Origin: a virus
Lineage: Duplodnaviria; Caudoviricetes
DNA: 41,973 nucleotides
Strand: one strand, 5' to 3'
IMG/VR virus record: IMGVR_UViG_3300012890_000088
Span: 1 to 41,973 of that record
Part shown: piece by piece, positions 24,548 to 34,884 of the stretch
Numbering within the stretch: the first letter of the stretch is position 1
How the letters are laid out: every line of letters begins with the position of its first letter
Made by a program: the position numbers and the translations under genes
The notes under the pieces: generated by a model
Databases searched by the model: none
The model's input: only the letters and a program-made list of their open reading frames with translations
What the model was told of the DNA's origin: nothing

Positions 24548-27500
24548 GTGGCAGATCAGACCCAGCGCCTGCTGTTGCAGGTCGACGCCGCAACCGAGTT
24601 GCTGCGCCGGCACCTCGCCGAGGGCGAGCAGCCTCTAACCCGGTTCGAGCAGCGCGCCGACGCGATGGCGAAGAACGTCGATCGCTCGATCGCGGACATG
24701 GGCAAGCGGTTCGGCAGCTTCGCGGCGCTTGCGGAGGATGCTGCCACGCGCGCGCAGCGTTCGTTCGAGACGAGCTTCAGCGACGTTCAGAAGCTCGCCT
24801 CCAAGGCGATACAGGCGCCGACTGTCACCGGTGGACTGAACGTCGGGGCTGTCGACGCGCGCGAGGCCGCCGCCACTGCGCAGCGGCAGGCGCTCGCTAC
24901 CCGGCTGATTGCCGACGCGGCCGAGCGTGCGGCGCAGGGCGAAGGCGTTCTGACCGAGCAGACCCGATTGTATGTGCAGGCTGCGCGGGCTGCATCTATC
25001 GAGGCAGAACGCCACGCGCAGGAGCTTGCCCGCGAAGCGGGCGCGCTGGAACGGGTCGAGATCGAGCTGGCGCAGGCGGGCGCTGGTGCACGCGTGTTCG
25101 GCACGAACCAGAACCGTGTGACCGTGCAGAGCGGGGCGCTGCGGGCCGCCATGCAAGGCGCGTCCTATCAGGTGCAGGACACGTTCACCCAGCTGAGCAT
25201 GGGCGCGAACATCTTTCAGGTTGTCGCCATTCAGGGCGGCCAGCTGGCGGGGCAGTTCGCCAACATCGAGGGTAAGGCGGGCTCGTTCGCGCGCTTCATG
25301 ATCGGCCCGTGGGGCCTTGCGATCACCGGCGCGCTGCTGGAGTTGGGACCGTTGACTAAGGGCGTGTTCGACTTCGGCAACGCCGTCGACGACGAAACCG
25401 ACAAGCTGAAGGACAATGCGAAGACGACCGCCGTCGCTGAGCAGGCGAAGAAGGCGTTCCTCGCGACCGAAGCCGGCGCGATCGACGACGTCCGCGCACT
25501 AACAGCCGAGATTAAGAAGCAGAACGACGCGCTGAAGTCGAATGCGGAGCTTTCGAACATCCGCGCCAAGACCGATCTCAAGAACCTGCAGGATCAGCGT
25601 GCCCCACTTGCCAAGCAGCTGGAGGAGGCGCGCGCCGCCCTGCGCGCGACCAACAGCACTGCCGTCGGGGGCATCGCCGGCAGTGGATCCGTCATACAAG
25701 GTCAAGCAGCCGAGCGCGTCCGTGCGCTGGATGAGCGCCTCAAGGCGGTTGACGCGTCGATCGCCGGCGCACAGGCGGCGGTCAACAGCACGCGTGCGGA
25801 CCTCGCTGACGAGGCGGCAAAGCGCAGCATCGATCCCATCGCGCAGATCAACCGGCGCTATGAAGGGCCGGATGGTCTGATTGCACGCGCGAAACAGCGT
25901 GCGATTGCCGAGGGCACCGTCAGCACAGTCCTCACCCGCCAGCTGGAGACGCTGCGCGCGCAGCAGAAGGCTGAGGTCGAAGCGGCGCAGAAGCGTGCTG
26001 CTGCCGTCAACCGCACGCCGAACAACAACCAGATCGGTCGCGACATCGATGTTGCGCAGGCGACCAGCATCGTTGCCAGCATCGGTGGGCACGTCACCAG
26101 CGGCTATCGGTCGAAAGCCGAGCAGTCGCGCATCTACGCCGACAAGCTGGCGGGGCGCCATGCTGGTCCCGTGGCAAAGCCCGGCACTAGCGATCATGAG
26201 CGCGGACAGGCCATCGACGTTGCATTCGGCCCCGGCATCAGTGAGGCCTCGATCAAGGCTGCTTTCGCGAAGGAAGGCGTCGCGATCAAGCAATTGCTGA
26301 CCGAGCGCAATCAGAAGGTGTTCCACGTTGCCTTCGGCAAGCGTGGGCCGAGCCAGCAGACGATCGACAACAAGGTGGAGACCGCGCGGCAGAAGGTTTT
26401 GAGCGACGATATCGCATATGGGCAGGAGGAGCAGGCCGCCCGACAGCGGCTGACCGCTGCAACCCGCAAGTCGGCGCAGAGCGAGGAGGATCGCTATCGC
26501 GAGACTGTTGCCGCGATCAACGCCGACGCCGACGCACAGAAGGGGAAGATCGACCTTCAGCAGGAGAAGGGGTTGTCCAAGCCGCGCGCCGACAACCTGC
26601 GGTCGCTCAACGAACAGACCCGCAAGCAGCAGCTGCAAAACGCCGCTGCCGATCGTGCCCTCGGCATTCTTGACCAGCGTTCCGAAGCCGAACAGTCGAA
26701 TCTGGAGTCGCAGCTCGCCGTCCTTCGCATCAGCGAGGACATGGCGATTACGGACCGCGACCGGCGCCGCATCGGCCTGCAAATCCTGGAAGCGGAGCAG
26801 GAACAGCGGCGGCTGGCGCTGGAGCGTGTCCGAGACACGTCGAAGGATCCTGCCGCGGTCGTATCTGCGAAGCGGTCGCTTTCCGCTCTGCCCGCTCTCG
26901 ACAAAGCTGAACGAGCACAGTTCGATCAGCGGACCGCCAGCCCTCTTGATGCCTACCGGCAGCGGCTGAAGGCAGCGACAGCCGACACCAACGCGTCGTT
27001 GGAAGAGATCGGCGTGCGCGGCCTCGGCAACCTTGAAGACGCGGTGGCTTCGGCCGCGTCGAAAGTGCTGGGTCTGAAGGGCGCGTTCGGCGACTTCGTT
27101 GGCAACGCCCTGGCCGACCTTGCCCGGTTGGCGTTCAAGATGGCGGCGATCGCCGCGCTCGACGCGCTGTTTCCCGGTTCGGGTGCGATCTCGAAGCTGC
27201 TGGGTAAGGCAGGTGGGGGCAAGATCGAGGGTAAAGCGGGTGGCGGCAAAATCCATGGCCCCGGCACCGGCACCTCGGACAGCATCCTCGCTCTGATCGA
27301 CGGACACAAGCCGTTGATGGTGTCCAATGGCGAATCCATCGTCACGGCAGATGCCACGTCCAGGTTCTGGCCTGTCATCGACGCCATGAACAAGGGTCGT
27401 TTCCCCGGCCTCGCCAGCGGTGGCATGATCGGATCACCATCGCTCGCAAACCTGCGCGCGCCGAGCCTGCCTCCTCAGGCGCGTGGCGGTTCAGGGCGCG

Positions 27501-27676
27501 AACGCATGCAGCTCGACGTCAGGGTGAAAACGGAGGCGTCGCCGCTGCTGATCTCAACCGTGCAGCACACGACGCTCCAGACGGTCGGCGCTGCGGCTGA
27601 ACCCATCATGGCAGGCGCACAGAGCCGCACGATGCGGGCGCTGCGCCGGCCATCGCTGCCGGGGGCACCAGGATGA
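24548..27676 (+). CDS. Tape measure protein with internal peptidase M15-like domain
   Basis: 1042 aa, Ala-rich and helical; SGYRS...PGTSDHERGQAID...HV; C-terminal GPGTGTSDSI...SNGE. Confidence 0.93.
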   Translation: MADQTQRLLLQVDAATELLRRHLAEGEQPLTRFEQRADAMAKNVDRSIADMGKRFGSFAALAEDAATRAQRSFETSFSDVQKLASKAIQAPTVTGGLNVGAVDAREAAATAQRQALATRLIADAAERAAQGEGVLTEQTRLYVQAARAASIEAERHAQELAREAGALERVEIELAQAGAGARVFGTNQNRVTVQSGALRAAMQGASYQVQDTFTQLSMGANIFQVVAIQGGQLAGQFANIEGKAGSFARFMIGPWGLAITGALLELGPLTKGVFDFGNAVDDETDKLKDNAKTTAVAEQAKKAFLATEAGAIDDVRALTAEIKKQNDALKSNAELSNIRAKTDLKNLQDQRAPLAKQLEEARAALRATNSTAVGGIAGSGSVIQGQAAERVRALDERLKAVDASIAGAQAAVNSTRADLADEAAKRSIDPIAQINRRYEGPDGLIARAKQRAIAEGTVSTVLTRQLETLRAQQKAEVEAAQKRAAAVNRTPNNNQIGRDIDVAQATSIVASIGGHVTSGYRSKAEQSRIYADKLAGRHAGPVAKPGTSDHERGQAIDVAFGPGISEASIKAAFAKEGVAIKQLLTERNQKVFHVAFGKRGPSQQTIDNKVETARQKVLSDDIAYGQEEQAARQRLTAATRKSAQSEEDRYRETVAAINADADAQKGKIDLQQEKGLSKPRADNLRSLNEQTRKQQLQNAAADRALGILDQRSEAEQSNLESQLAVLRISEDMAITDRDRRRIGLQILEAEQEQRRLALERVRDTSKDPAAVVSAKRSLSALPALDKAERAQFDQRTASPLDAYRQRLKAATADTNASLEEIGVRGLGNLEDAVASAASKVLGLKGAFGDFVGNALADLARLAFKMAAIAALDALFPGSGAISKLLGKAGGGKIEGKAGGGKIHGPGTGTSDSILALIDGHKPLMVSNGESIVTADATSRFWPVIDAMNKGRFPGLASGGMIGSPSLANLRAPSLPPQARGGSGRERMQLDVRVKTEASPLLISTVQHTTLQTVGAAAEPIMAGAQSRTMRALRRPSLPGAPG

Positions 27677-28266
27677 TCGTCGACCTTCCGCCCGCACCGG
27701 TCGCGGCCAAGATCGATTGGAAGCCGCGCCAGCCAAGCCAAGTCAACCGAAGCGAGTTCTCCGGCACCACGCGCACCGTGATCCTCGCGCAGGCGCCGTT
27801 CTGGGCGGCCTCGGTAAGCTATCCGACCATCGTCGGGGAAGCGCGGTTCCGCCCGTGGCGTTCGGCGCTGATGCGGTTGCAAGGCCGGGTGAACCCGTTC
27901 CGGCTGGTCGCCTGCGAAGGGCCGCAGCACAAAGTTCATCAGCTCGTCGTCGTCGATGGTGCCGGGCAGCAGGGCTATTCCGTTCGGACGCGCGGGTGGC
28001 AGCCGGGCACGGGGCTGTCGGACGGCATGTTCATCACGATCGGTGAAAAGCTGCACCAGGTGGTCGCCAGCACTGCACTGGCGGGAGCGGATGGCAAGCT
28101 GACGATCGCCGTCATGCCGCACCTCGCCAACGCGCTTAGCGATGGCATGTCGATCGAGACGCGCCGCCCCTGGGCGCTGATGAAGCTCGCGACGGATCAG
28201 CAAGGCTGGACGGTCGACGTCGGGCAACAATATTCGGTGTCGTTCGACTGCGAGGAAGCGCTGTGA
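27673..28266 (+). CDS. Distal tail-like minor tail protein
   Basis: Position after the tape measure gene; L.GRVNPF and C-terminal FDCEEAL. Confidence 0.7.
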   Translation: MIVDLPPAPVAAKIDWKPRQPSQVNRSEFSGTTRTVILAQAPFWAASVSYPTIVGEARFRPWRSALMRLQGRVNPFRLVACEGPQHKVHQLVVVDGAGQQGYSVRTRGWQPGTGLSDGMFITIGEKLHQVVASTALAGADGKLTIAVMPHLANALSDGMSIETRRPWALMKLATDQQGWTVDVGQQYSVSFDCEEAL

Positions 28267-28847
28267 GCGGGCCGGACATTGCTGCCAGCGGCGCGCTCGC
28301 TGCCGGTGTCCGTCGTCCGGTCACCTTCTGCTACCTCGATATCGCGGGTGAGCCCGTGCGGGTCACCGACGCGCCCTATGACATCACCTTCACTGGCACC
28401 GGTGACGAGGACCTCGACGGCCACACGTTCATGGCCGTCGATGCGCGGGTCGTGTCGGTCGGTGTGGTGAAGGCGAAGGAGGGCGGCACCGACACGCTGA
28501 CGTTGGAACTGTCCGGCCTTGCCGGAGTGGACGGCGAGCTGATGAACCAGATCGGCACTCGCTCCAACTGGCAGGGGCGCGACGCGCGGCTCTGGAAGGG
28601 CATGCTCGATCCCGTGACGCTGGCGTTCGTCGGGTCGATCTGGCCCTATTACACTGGCTATATGGCGGTGCCGAAGATCAGCGGCGACCAGAACAGCCAG
28701 ACGATCAGCCTCGACGTCGAGACCTATCTCGCCTTCTTCAACCAGGCGTCGAACCGCACATATCTCGACCAGGACCAGTACGATCCCGCCGACAGGTCGG
28801 CCGAACTCGCCATCGCCATCGCAAACGGCGCCAACAAGCGCAGCTGA
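28263..28847 (+). CDS. Minor tail / baseplate hub protein
   Basis: LTLELSG...WQGR.ARLW...GYM...DQ..YDP.D pattern. Confidence 0.7.
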   Translation: MSGPDIAASGALAAGVRRPVTFCYLDIAGEPVRVTDAPYDITFTGTGDEDLDGHTFMAVDARVVSVGVVKAKEGGTDTLTLELSGLAGVDGELMNQIGTRSNWQGRDARLWKGMLDPVTLAFVGSIWPYYTGYMAVPKISGDQNSQTISLDVETYLAFFNQASNRTYLDQDQYDPADRSAELAIAIANGANKRS

Positions 28848-28857
28848 CGGAGCGCCC

Positions 28858-29280
28858 ATGTATCGCAAGCCTGACTGGGAGGCGCGGCTCGCCGCGTATC
28901 TCGAACCCTTGCGGCTGCGCCCTTTCGCCTGGGGCTCGCACGACTGCACCACGTTCACGGCCGGTGCCGTGCTGGCGATGACGGACGTCGATCCGATGCC
29001 GGAGTTCCGCGGCCGCTACAGCACGGCGATCGGCTCGGTCCGTGCATTGCGGCAGATCGGCGCCGGCACTCTGGAAGGGACGCTCGACAGCAAGTTCGAA
29101 GCCGTTTCGCCCAGCCTCGCGCAGCGTGGAGACATCGTCATGTCAGACGGTCTGCTAGGCCTATGCTGGGGCCGATTCCTGATCGCCGTCGGTAGCGAGG
29201 GCGAGCGCGACGGGCTGATCCGGATCGAGCGACCGTTGTGGTCAGGCCCGCGCGCATGGCGCGTGCAGTACGGCGCCTGA
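28858..29280 (+). CDS. NlpC/P60-like tail assembly protein
   Basis: PFAWGSHDC..F and AQRGDIV motifs. Confidence 0.8.
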   Translation: MYRKPDWEARLAAYLEPLRLRPFAWGSHDCTTFTAGAVLAMTDVDPMPEFRGRYSTAIGSVRALRQIGAGTLEGTLDSKFEAVSPSLAQRGDIVMSDGLLGLCWGRFLIAVGSEGERDGLIRIERPLWSGPRAWRVQYGA

Positions 29281-29283
29281 CTA

Positions 29284-31302
29284 ATGGCGAAGGCCCTCAA
29301 GGTCGCGGCGTTCGTCGTCGGCGCTGCCGCGCTGACGATCGTCACCGCAGGTGCAGGCACCGCGCTACTGGCCGGCGTCAGCCTGTCGGCCGGCATCGGC
29401 GCAGTGTCAGCCGCGATCGGCATCTCGGCCAGCACGCTATTCCTCGCGGCCGGCGCGCTGTCGGTCGGCGCGGCGCTGCTCGCGAAGCAACCTACGGTGC
29501 CCCCGTCGCAGACGGAGCGGCTGGTCGCCAGCATCGATCCGCGCGCGTTCCGCAAGGAAGTGCTCGGTCAGACCGCCATGGCGACCGACATCCGGTACGA
29601 GGAATGGTCGGGCACCGATCAGGAATATTGCGACTGGATCATTGCCCATGCCAGTCATGCGGTCGACGGCATCGAAGAAGTCTGGCTTGACTCCGAGATG
29701 GCGTGGTCGGCCACCACCGGTGTCGTCGGTCGCTACGTCGGTTACTTCTCGATCCCGAACATCGTCCTGGAGGGTTCGCCCGCCAGCGCGTTCACGTTCG
29801 GCAGCGGCAAGTGGAACGCGGCGAGCGCACACCTGACCGGCTGCGCCTATTCGCGCTTCCGCTTCAAGGTCACGGGCAACAGCAAGAAGGCCGAAAGCCC
29901 GTTCGCAAGCTCGATCCCGACCCGGATCACCGTCATAGGTCGCGGCGGCAAGCTCTACGATCCGCGGCGCGACAGCACCGTGCCAGGGGGCTCGGGGCCG
30001 ATGCGCTGGAACGACCAGTCGACGTGGCGCTTCACCGCCGATGATGGTGGCGTGATAGGCGAAAATCTGCCGCTGCTTATCCTGCGGCGTCTGCTCGGCT
30101 GGCGCATCCGCAATCCGCTGACAGGGGCGATGAAGCTGGCGACCGGCAGCGGCATCCCGGCCAAGCGCATCGACATGCTGTCCTTCATTGTCGCGGCCAA
30201 TCAGGCGGATGAGTTGGTCAACCGCTCGGCAGGCGGGCAAGAGCCGCGCTACCACGGTGCTGGCGTGTGTTCGGAGGGTGATGATCCCAAGACGGTCCTC
30301 GACGCGCTGTGCGCCGGTTGCTGTGGGCGCTTCCGCGACACGAGCGGCAAGCTGTCGCTGGTCATCCCGCATAACGATCTCGCGGACGCCGCGCTGGACG
30401 ATGGTCTAACAGCCGACGACGTGATCGGCGGCTTTACTTGGGATCCGGATCCAGCGCTTGAGGCCGCCCCCAACATCATCCGCGGCCGGTATGTGGATGC
30501 GTCGTCCACGTCGCTCTACCAGCTGATCGACTACCCGGAAGTTCGGATGCCGAGCTCAGATGGCATCGACCGCGTCTTCACGCTCGATCTCGGCTTCGTG
30601 GAGAGCCCGAGCCAGGCGCAGCGCATCGCCAAGCAGGTTCTGCAGCGCAAGCAATACGAGCGGCGCTTCGCAGCGCCCTTTGACATCAATGGGTGGCGCT
30701 ATCCTGTTGGCAAGGTGGTGCCCTTCACGTTCGCGCCTCTCGGCTTCGATCGAACCCTGTTCCGCGTGAGCGAGCAGGACATCGGCACCGGCAACAGCTG
30801 CGACATGGTTCTGGAGGGCGAGAGCGCCGATATCTACGCTTGGGACGCTGACGATCGTGCACCCGTCAACGCAGCTGCATCGATCGTCTACGACCCGACC
30901 AAATCTCCGCTGGTGCAGGCGATCGAGGAGCTCGGCGCGCGGGCCGCCTATACGATCCGGTCGCAGACTCCGACCTATCCAGTGACCACGACGGCCACCA
31001 TCATTAACATCGCCGCTTCCAGCGGCGTTCTCGATGATGGCTCTTTATTCGACCTGCCTGCGGGGTCGATCAACGGGCTGGGCTCCGCAGCGCAGTACGG
31101 CGTCTTCGTCGTGCGAGCGACTGGAGCGTACTTCGCAGAGCTCTACCCAGCGCCTGATGCTCAGGCTTCGTCCGCCAACATCTTCTTCGGCTGGGCGACC
31201 ACGCAGGCGGCAGACGGCACATACCCGGGCGGCGAGACGCCTCCCGGCGGCTGGGGCGGCGGTGGGCGCGAGCCGACGGTCCCCCGCCTAAACGACGCCT
31301 GA
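29284..31302 (+). CDS. Tail tip / central fibre protein (gpJ-like)
   Basis: G.KLYDPRRDST.PGGSG..R..DQSTW motif, SQAQRIAK and position. Confidence 0.85.
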   Translation: MAKALKVAAFVVGAAALTIVTAGAGTALLAGVSLSAGIGAVSAAIGISASTLFLAAGALSVGAALLAKQPTVPPSQTERLVASIDPRAFRKEVLGQTAMATDIRYEEWSGTDQEYCDWIIAHASHAVDGIEEVWLDSEMAWSATTGVVGRYVGYFSIPNIVLEGSPASAFTFGSGKWNAASAHLTGCAYSRFRFKVTGNSKKAESPFASSIPTRITVIGRGGKLYDPRRDSTVPGGSGPMRWNDQSTWRFTADDGGVIGENLPLLILRRLLGWRIRNPLTGAMKLATGSGIPAKRIDMLSFIVAANQADELVNRSAGGQEPRYHGAGVCSEGDDPKTVLDALCAGCCGRFRDTSGKLSLVIPHNDLADAALDDGLTADDVIGGFTWDPDPALEAAPNIIRGRYVDASSTSLYQLIDYPEVRMPSSDGIDRVFTLDLGFVESPSQAQRIAKQVLQRKQYERRFAAPFDINGWRYPVGKVVPFTFAPLGFDRTLFRVSEQDIGTGNSCDMVLEGESADIYAWDADDRAPVNAAASIVYDPTKSPLVQAIEELGARAAYTIRSQTPTYPVTTTATIINIAASSGVLDDGSLFDLPAGSINGLGSAAQYGVFVVRATGAYFAELYPAPDAQASSANIFFGWATTQAADGTYPGGETPPGGWGGGGREPTVPRLNDA

Positions 31303-31316
31303 TTCAGGAGAACCCA

Positions 31317-33734
31317 ATGTCCAACGTTGCGCATCTGCCGATCGAGGCGGATCGATACGGCGCGTGCGTGCGCCAGATCTACATCCGTGGCCTCGATCTG
31401 ACCGGAGTGGCGATGCGTGCGCAGGTGCGGCTCACCGGCGACACGCCTGGGGATCCGCTGGTCGACCTGCTGACGGTCACGAACGGCAACGCTGAAGGCC
31501 TGCGCCTGGTCGGCGTAGAGACGGTCGACGAATTGCCGGTCAGCCACGTCGAGCTCGTCATCAACGAGACCACCATGGAAAGGCTTCCCTATGCGGGTGA
31601 GCTCGGCAGCCCGACTGAGCTTCGGTGGGACTGGCAAGTCACGCTTGCCGGCCGCAAGCAGCGGATCGCGAAGGGCGAGTTCGTCATCACCGGTGACGGG
31701 GTGACGGGCGCAGACAACGCTCCGGCCAACCGGCCGCAAGCGTGGTCGCGCAGCTTCTCACCAACGGCAGGCATGCGCACCGGAGCGACGTTGACGTTCG
31801 GCGATGAGACCATTGAGGTGTCGGTCGACGGGGCCAACCTCGTCGCGGCGGAGGTCGTCCGGGCAGTGACGGCGCAGGACCGCGCTGAGGCAGCCCAGCA
31901 GCGCGCTGATGTATCCGCGGGCGCCGCACAGGGCGCGGCCCGCTACTTTACTACGCGTGCCGCCGGCGAAGCTGCGAGTTCGGTTGATCAGGCATTCTCG
32001 ACCGACGACGGCGCAGGCGGCGTCATCTATTATCGGCGCACTAGCGGCGGCTCGGCGGAGATCGGCAGGGCTCTGACACCTGGATCGTTGAGTGGAGCGA
32101 CTGGCGCCAGCTTAGTAGGACGGAAGGCGCTTGGTACTGGCGCTGTCACTCGGCGGCTGGATGCCACGCTCGACGAGTCGGGCGCGCTTGTGTCTGATTA
32201 CAAGCAGGACGGCGATGGGACTGACTGGACGCCGGCTTTCGGACGGGCCTTCGATTACCTATCGAGCACGCGCACCGCGCACCCGCACTTCCAGCCGTGG
32301 GGGGTCGGTACGATAAAGGTAGGCAGGGGCACATTCCCTTTGGCCCAGCCGCTCTACTTTTCCCAAAGCCAAGTGGGCTTCGGGATCACGGGACAAGCGC
32401 GATTTGCGACTGTGTTCTCCAAAAATATCACTACCGGGCATGCTTTTTTCCTAAACCCGTCGGGCTACAGTAACTTCGAAGATTTCACTATTGTAAATGA
32501 CGCCGCGACTAGGGGTGACAGCGCCGCGTTCGCCATTCTGGGCACAAACGGCGGTCACATGACCACGATACAGCGCCTCAACATCTCCAACTTCGCCTTG
32601 GGCGTGTCTGTATCGGGAACCACTAACGGCGATTTCACGCACATTGTGGACTCCGAGTTCGACACCGATACGGGCTACACGAACAACTCGAACAAGAATG
32701 CGGTCGGAGCCATGCTCGACAACGTTTCGCATTCGTGCCGCACAGCGTTGGTCAGCCTGGGTGGTAGTGGCGAAGTTTCGATAAATGGCGGTGGCGGCAA
32801 CGTACATCGTAGCGTCGTACATTATCGTGAAGGTGCTGGCGTCGCCAACATCTACCCCCAGTCAGCCCTTCTTCACCACCACAAGCTCGAATATGGTGGT
32901 GCGACCGGACCAGATAACGCCCAGCTGCTGATCGATGGGCGCGACACAGTGCTCGGTCCAAACAGTGGCGGCGCGGATACCGTAACCATTTTCCGCGACG
33001 TCACTTACACCTTGGGCGACACCCCGCCTGGCGATCCATCCGGCACGGCATACGACGACCACCGGATAATTGACATCGCGGGCGGGCGCCATCGCGTTCA
33101 CATGATCGCCGGCTACCTTCGTGGAGCCATCCGCTATCTCTCGGACTATGCCGAGGATCGGGCGCGTTGGCTGATCAGGGGCATGCGAGCAGCGCCGCTT
33201 CCATCGCGGCTGCTCTTGGGCGGCACTGGCACGCATCCGCTGATCAGATGGCACGATAACGAGAACGTCGCCGATCAGTACCGAGGCGGCACGTCGGGCA
33301 TTCGTGTGATTCAACGTGGCCCCGCAGTGCTGTGGAGGCAGTTGCAGGATCAGGTGATCAATACCGGAGTATCGCAGACTGCGTTTCCCCAATCTGGCGG
33401 CGGCAACCGCTATGGTGCCGAGTTTACAATAGACCTGACGCTCCAGCCGCTCGATCTTCCGCCCCTGATCACCATTGAAGGGTTGGCACTATACGTCGAA
33501 AATAACGTCTACACCACTGACACAAAGGTTGAGTGGTTTTCGGACAACTTCTCGACGCTAATCGACTCCGCCACCATATCAGGCGGAGTGCGCGGCAAAG
33601 TTACGATCAGCACTAAAGAGACCACTGTTGTCGACGGTAAGATCCGCGTCCGCATAACGAAGCCGGGCACCGGCGATAACGGAACGGTCGGCGCGCTCGT
33701 GATCCCCTACTTCCCCTTCTTCGGGCGCAATTAA
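31317..33734 (+). CDS. Tailspike / receptor-binding protein (BppU-like N-terminus plus pectate-lyase-like beta-helix)
   Basis: DLTG..MRAQVR N-domain; DGDGTDWTPAF.RA...G.I...GTF start of a beta-helix; Gly/Asn/Thr-rich; lower GC in the 3' two-thirds. Confidence 0.85.
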   Translation: MSNVAHLPIEADRYGACVRQIYIRGLDLTGVAMRAQVRLTGDTPGDPLVDLLTVTNGNAEGLRLVGVETVDELPVSHVELVINETTMERLPYAGELGSPTELRWDWQVTLAGRKQRIAKGEFVITGDGVTGADNAPANRPQAWSRSFSPTAGMRTGATLTFGDETIEVSVDGANLVAAEVVRAVTAQDRAEAAQQRADVSAGAAQGAARYFTTRAAGEAASSVDQAFSTDDGAGGVIYYRRTSGGSAEIGRALTPGSLSGATGASLVGRKALGTGAVTRRLDATLDESGALVSDYKQDGDGTDWTPAFGRAFDYLSSTRTAHPHFQPWGVGTIKVGRGTFPLAQPLYFSQSQVGFGITGQARFATVFSKNITTGHAFFLNPSGYSNFEDFTIVNDAATRGDSAAFAILGTNGGHMTTIQRLNISNFALGVSVSGTTNGDFTHIVDSEFDTDTGYTNNSNKNAVGAMLDNVSHSCRTALVSLGGSGEVSINGGGGNVHRSVVHYREGAGVANIYPQSALLHHHKLEYGGATGPDNAQLLIDGRDTVLGPNSGGADTVTIFRDVTYTLGDTPPGDPSGTAYDDHRIIDIAGGRHRVHMIAGYLRGAIRYLSDYAEDRARWLIRGMRAAPLPSRLLLGGTGTHPLIRWHDNENVADQYRGGTSGIRVIQRGPAVLWRQLQDQVINTGVSQTAFPQSGGGNRYGAEFTIDLTLQPLDLPPLITIEGLALYVENNVYTTDTKVEWFSDNFSTLIDSATISGGVRGKVTISTKETTVVDGKIRVRITKPGTGDNGTVGALVIPYFPFFGRN

Positions 33735-34393
33735 CGGTGGAGGCTCCAGACACCGACAAATTTGTCAGTGATGCCGGCGCCGAAATCCGGCAGCAGAGCA
33801 CCAGGCTCGCCAAGGTGCAGCGCGAGGTTGTGGCGCCGGCTGTCGGGAAAGCGGGTGTCCCAATTCCGCTTCACGCGGGGGAAAGTGGTAGCCAGAAGAT
33901 AGCGACTGCCGCTCGCGCGTATATTAGCCAGCGCCTGTTCCACCGCCGCGTTCGGGAAGTGAATCAGGAGATCCCGGCAAAGAACCACGTCACCACGCGG
34001 CACCTCGGCCAACACATCGCCGGTCGCGAAATCGACGCCAGGACGCCGGTGCATGCTCCGGTTTGTCTCAATCAGCTCTGGCAGCAGATCAATGCCGAGG
34101 TACGCCATCCCGACCGGGAACTGCACCAACCGCATCCAGTTGAAATCGCCGCATGGCAGATCAACAAGAGATCGCGCACCCACCTCAGCGAGAAAGCTTT
34201 CCAAGGCTGCGCGGAAAGTAGATGTGAAAGCGACTGTCGAGCCGAGGCCGCTGTTGCTCTCGTCGGAGAACCACAACTTGCGCTGATACACCGTGCGGAA
34301 CACATCCGTGTAGCTGGCATCGCCAAAATCGCGGCGATTACGGACTTCTCGGACCAGCCACTTGAGTGGGGCGGGGGCAAGGGCTCGGAGCAT
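33731..34393 (-). CDS. Class I SAM-dependent methyltransferase (antisense moron)
   Basis: SGLGS, LVDLPCGDFNWM, YLGID and CRDLLIHF motifs; start uncertain (ATG 34393). Confidence 0.85.
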   Translation of the reverse strand: MLRALAPAPLKWLVREVRNRRDFGDASYTDVFRTVYQRKLWFSDESNSGLGSTVAFTSTFRAALESFLAEVGARSLVDLPCGDFNWMRLVQFPVGMAYLGIDLLPELIETNRSMHRRPGVDFATGDVLAEVPRGDVVLCRDLLIHFPNAAVEQALANIRASGSRYLLATTFPRVKRNWDTRFPDSRRHNLALHLGEPGALLPDFGAGITDKFVGVWSLHR

Positions 34394-34473
34394 TTGCTTA
34401 AGCTGCTCCTCCCCGACTCTCCAATCAAGCGCAAAGCGCCGACGTTCACCGCTCAACAAAGGCTCGCTGCGCC

Positions 34474-34884
34474 ATGACCCTTATCGCAATATTCGGGCAG
34501 ATGGCGGCAGGCTTCCGGCTCGCGCTGGTCCTGTTCGCCGCCATGAGCTTGCTGACGGTTACGGCGTGGTCACCGGAGGCCCTGACCGACGCCCGACGTA
34601 TGACGGCGCAACGGCTCAATGCGAGGGCGTGGACGTTCCTCGCGACGAGTGTCCTGGCGTTCTCACCTGCCCACGCCGCGTGGCTGCTCGGGCACCCCGT
34701 CATTCCCGTAGTCAACCGGGCAATGGACGCCCTAGCATCGGGGCTGGCGTGCATGGCGTTTATCAAGCTGCTGGCGTTCCGCGGGCTGATGCGGGGGCTG
34801 TCATGGCCGCGCATCCGCCGCGGCATTCGGGTCAACATGGGGATCATGGTCGCCGTCGTGGGTGCGGCATGGCTGACCCGGTAG
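34474..34884 (+). CDS. Four-TM membrane protein in the lysis cassette
   Basis: Four hydrophobic segments; overlaps the next gene. Confidence 0.7.
   Translation: MTLIAIFGQMAAGFRLALVLFAAMSLLTVTAWSPEALTDARRMTAQRLNARAWTFLATSVLAFSPAHAAWLLGHPVIPVVNRAMDALASGLACMAFIKLLAFRGLMRGLSWPRIRRGIRVNMGIMVAVVGAAWLTR

Noticed and set aside
27202-27256. Short tandem duplication GKAGGGKI in the tape measure C-terminus
   Set aside because: In-frame local duplication of a common A.GG motif; no evident significance
25499-27307. Long antisense ORFs (this 602-aa one, also 6676-8223, 15140-16312, 8733-9668, 29437-30372 and others)
   Set aside because: Shadow ORFs opposite well-supported genes, expected in high-GC DNA; no motifs or RBS
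31317-33734. Diversity-generating retroelement or invertible tail-fibre cassette
   Set aside because: No reverse transcriptase, TR/VR pair, invertase or flanking inverted repeats seen
33737-34477. 246-aa plus-strand ORF between the tailspike and the lysis genes
   Set aside because: Antisense shadow of the methyltransferase, which has clear SAM-binding motifs
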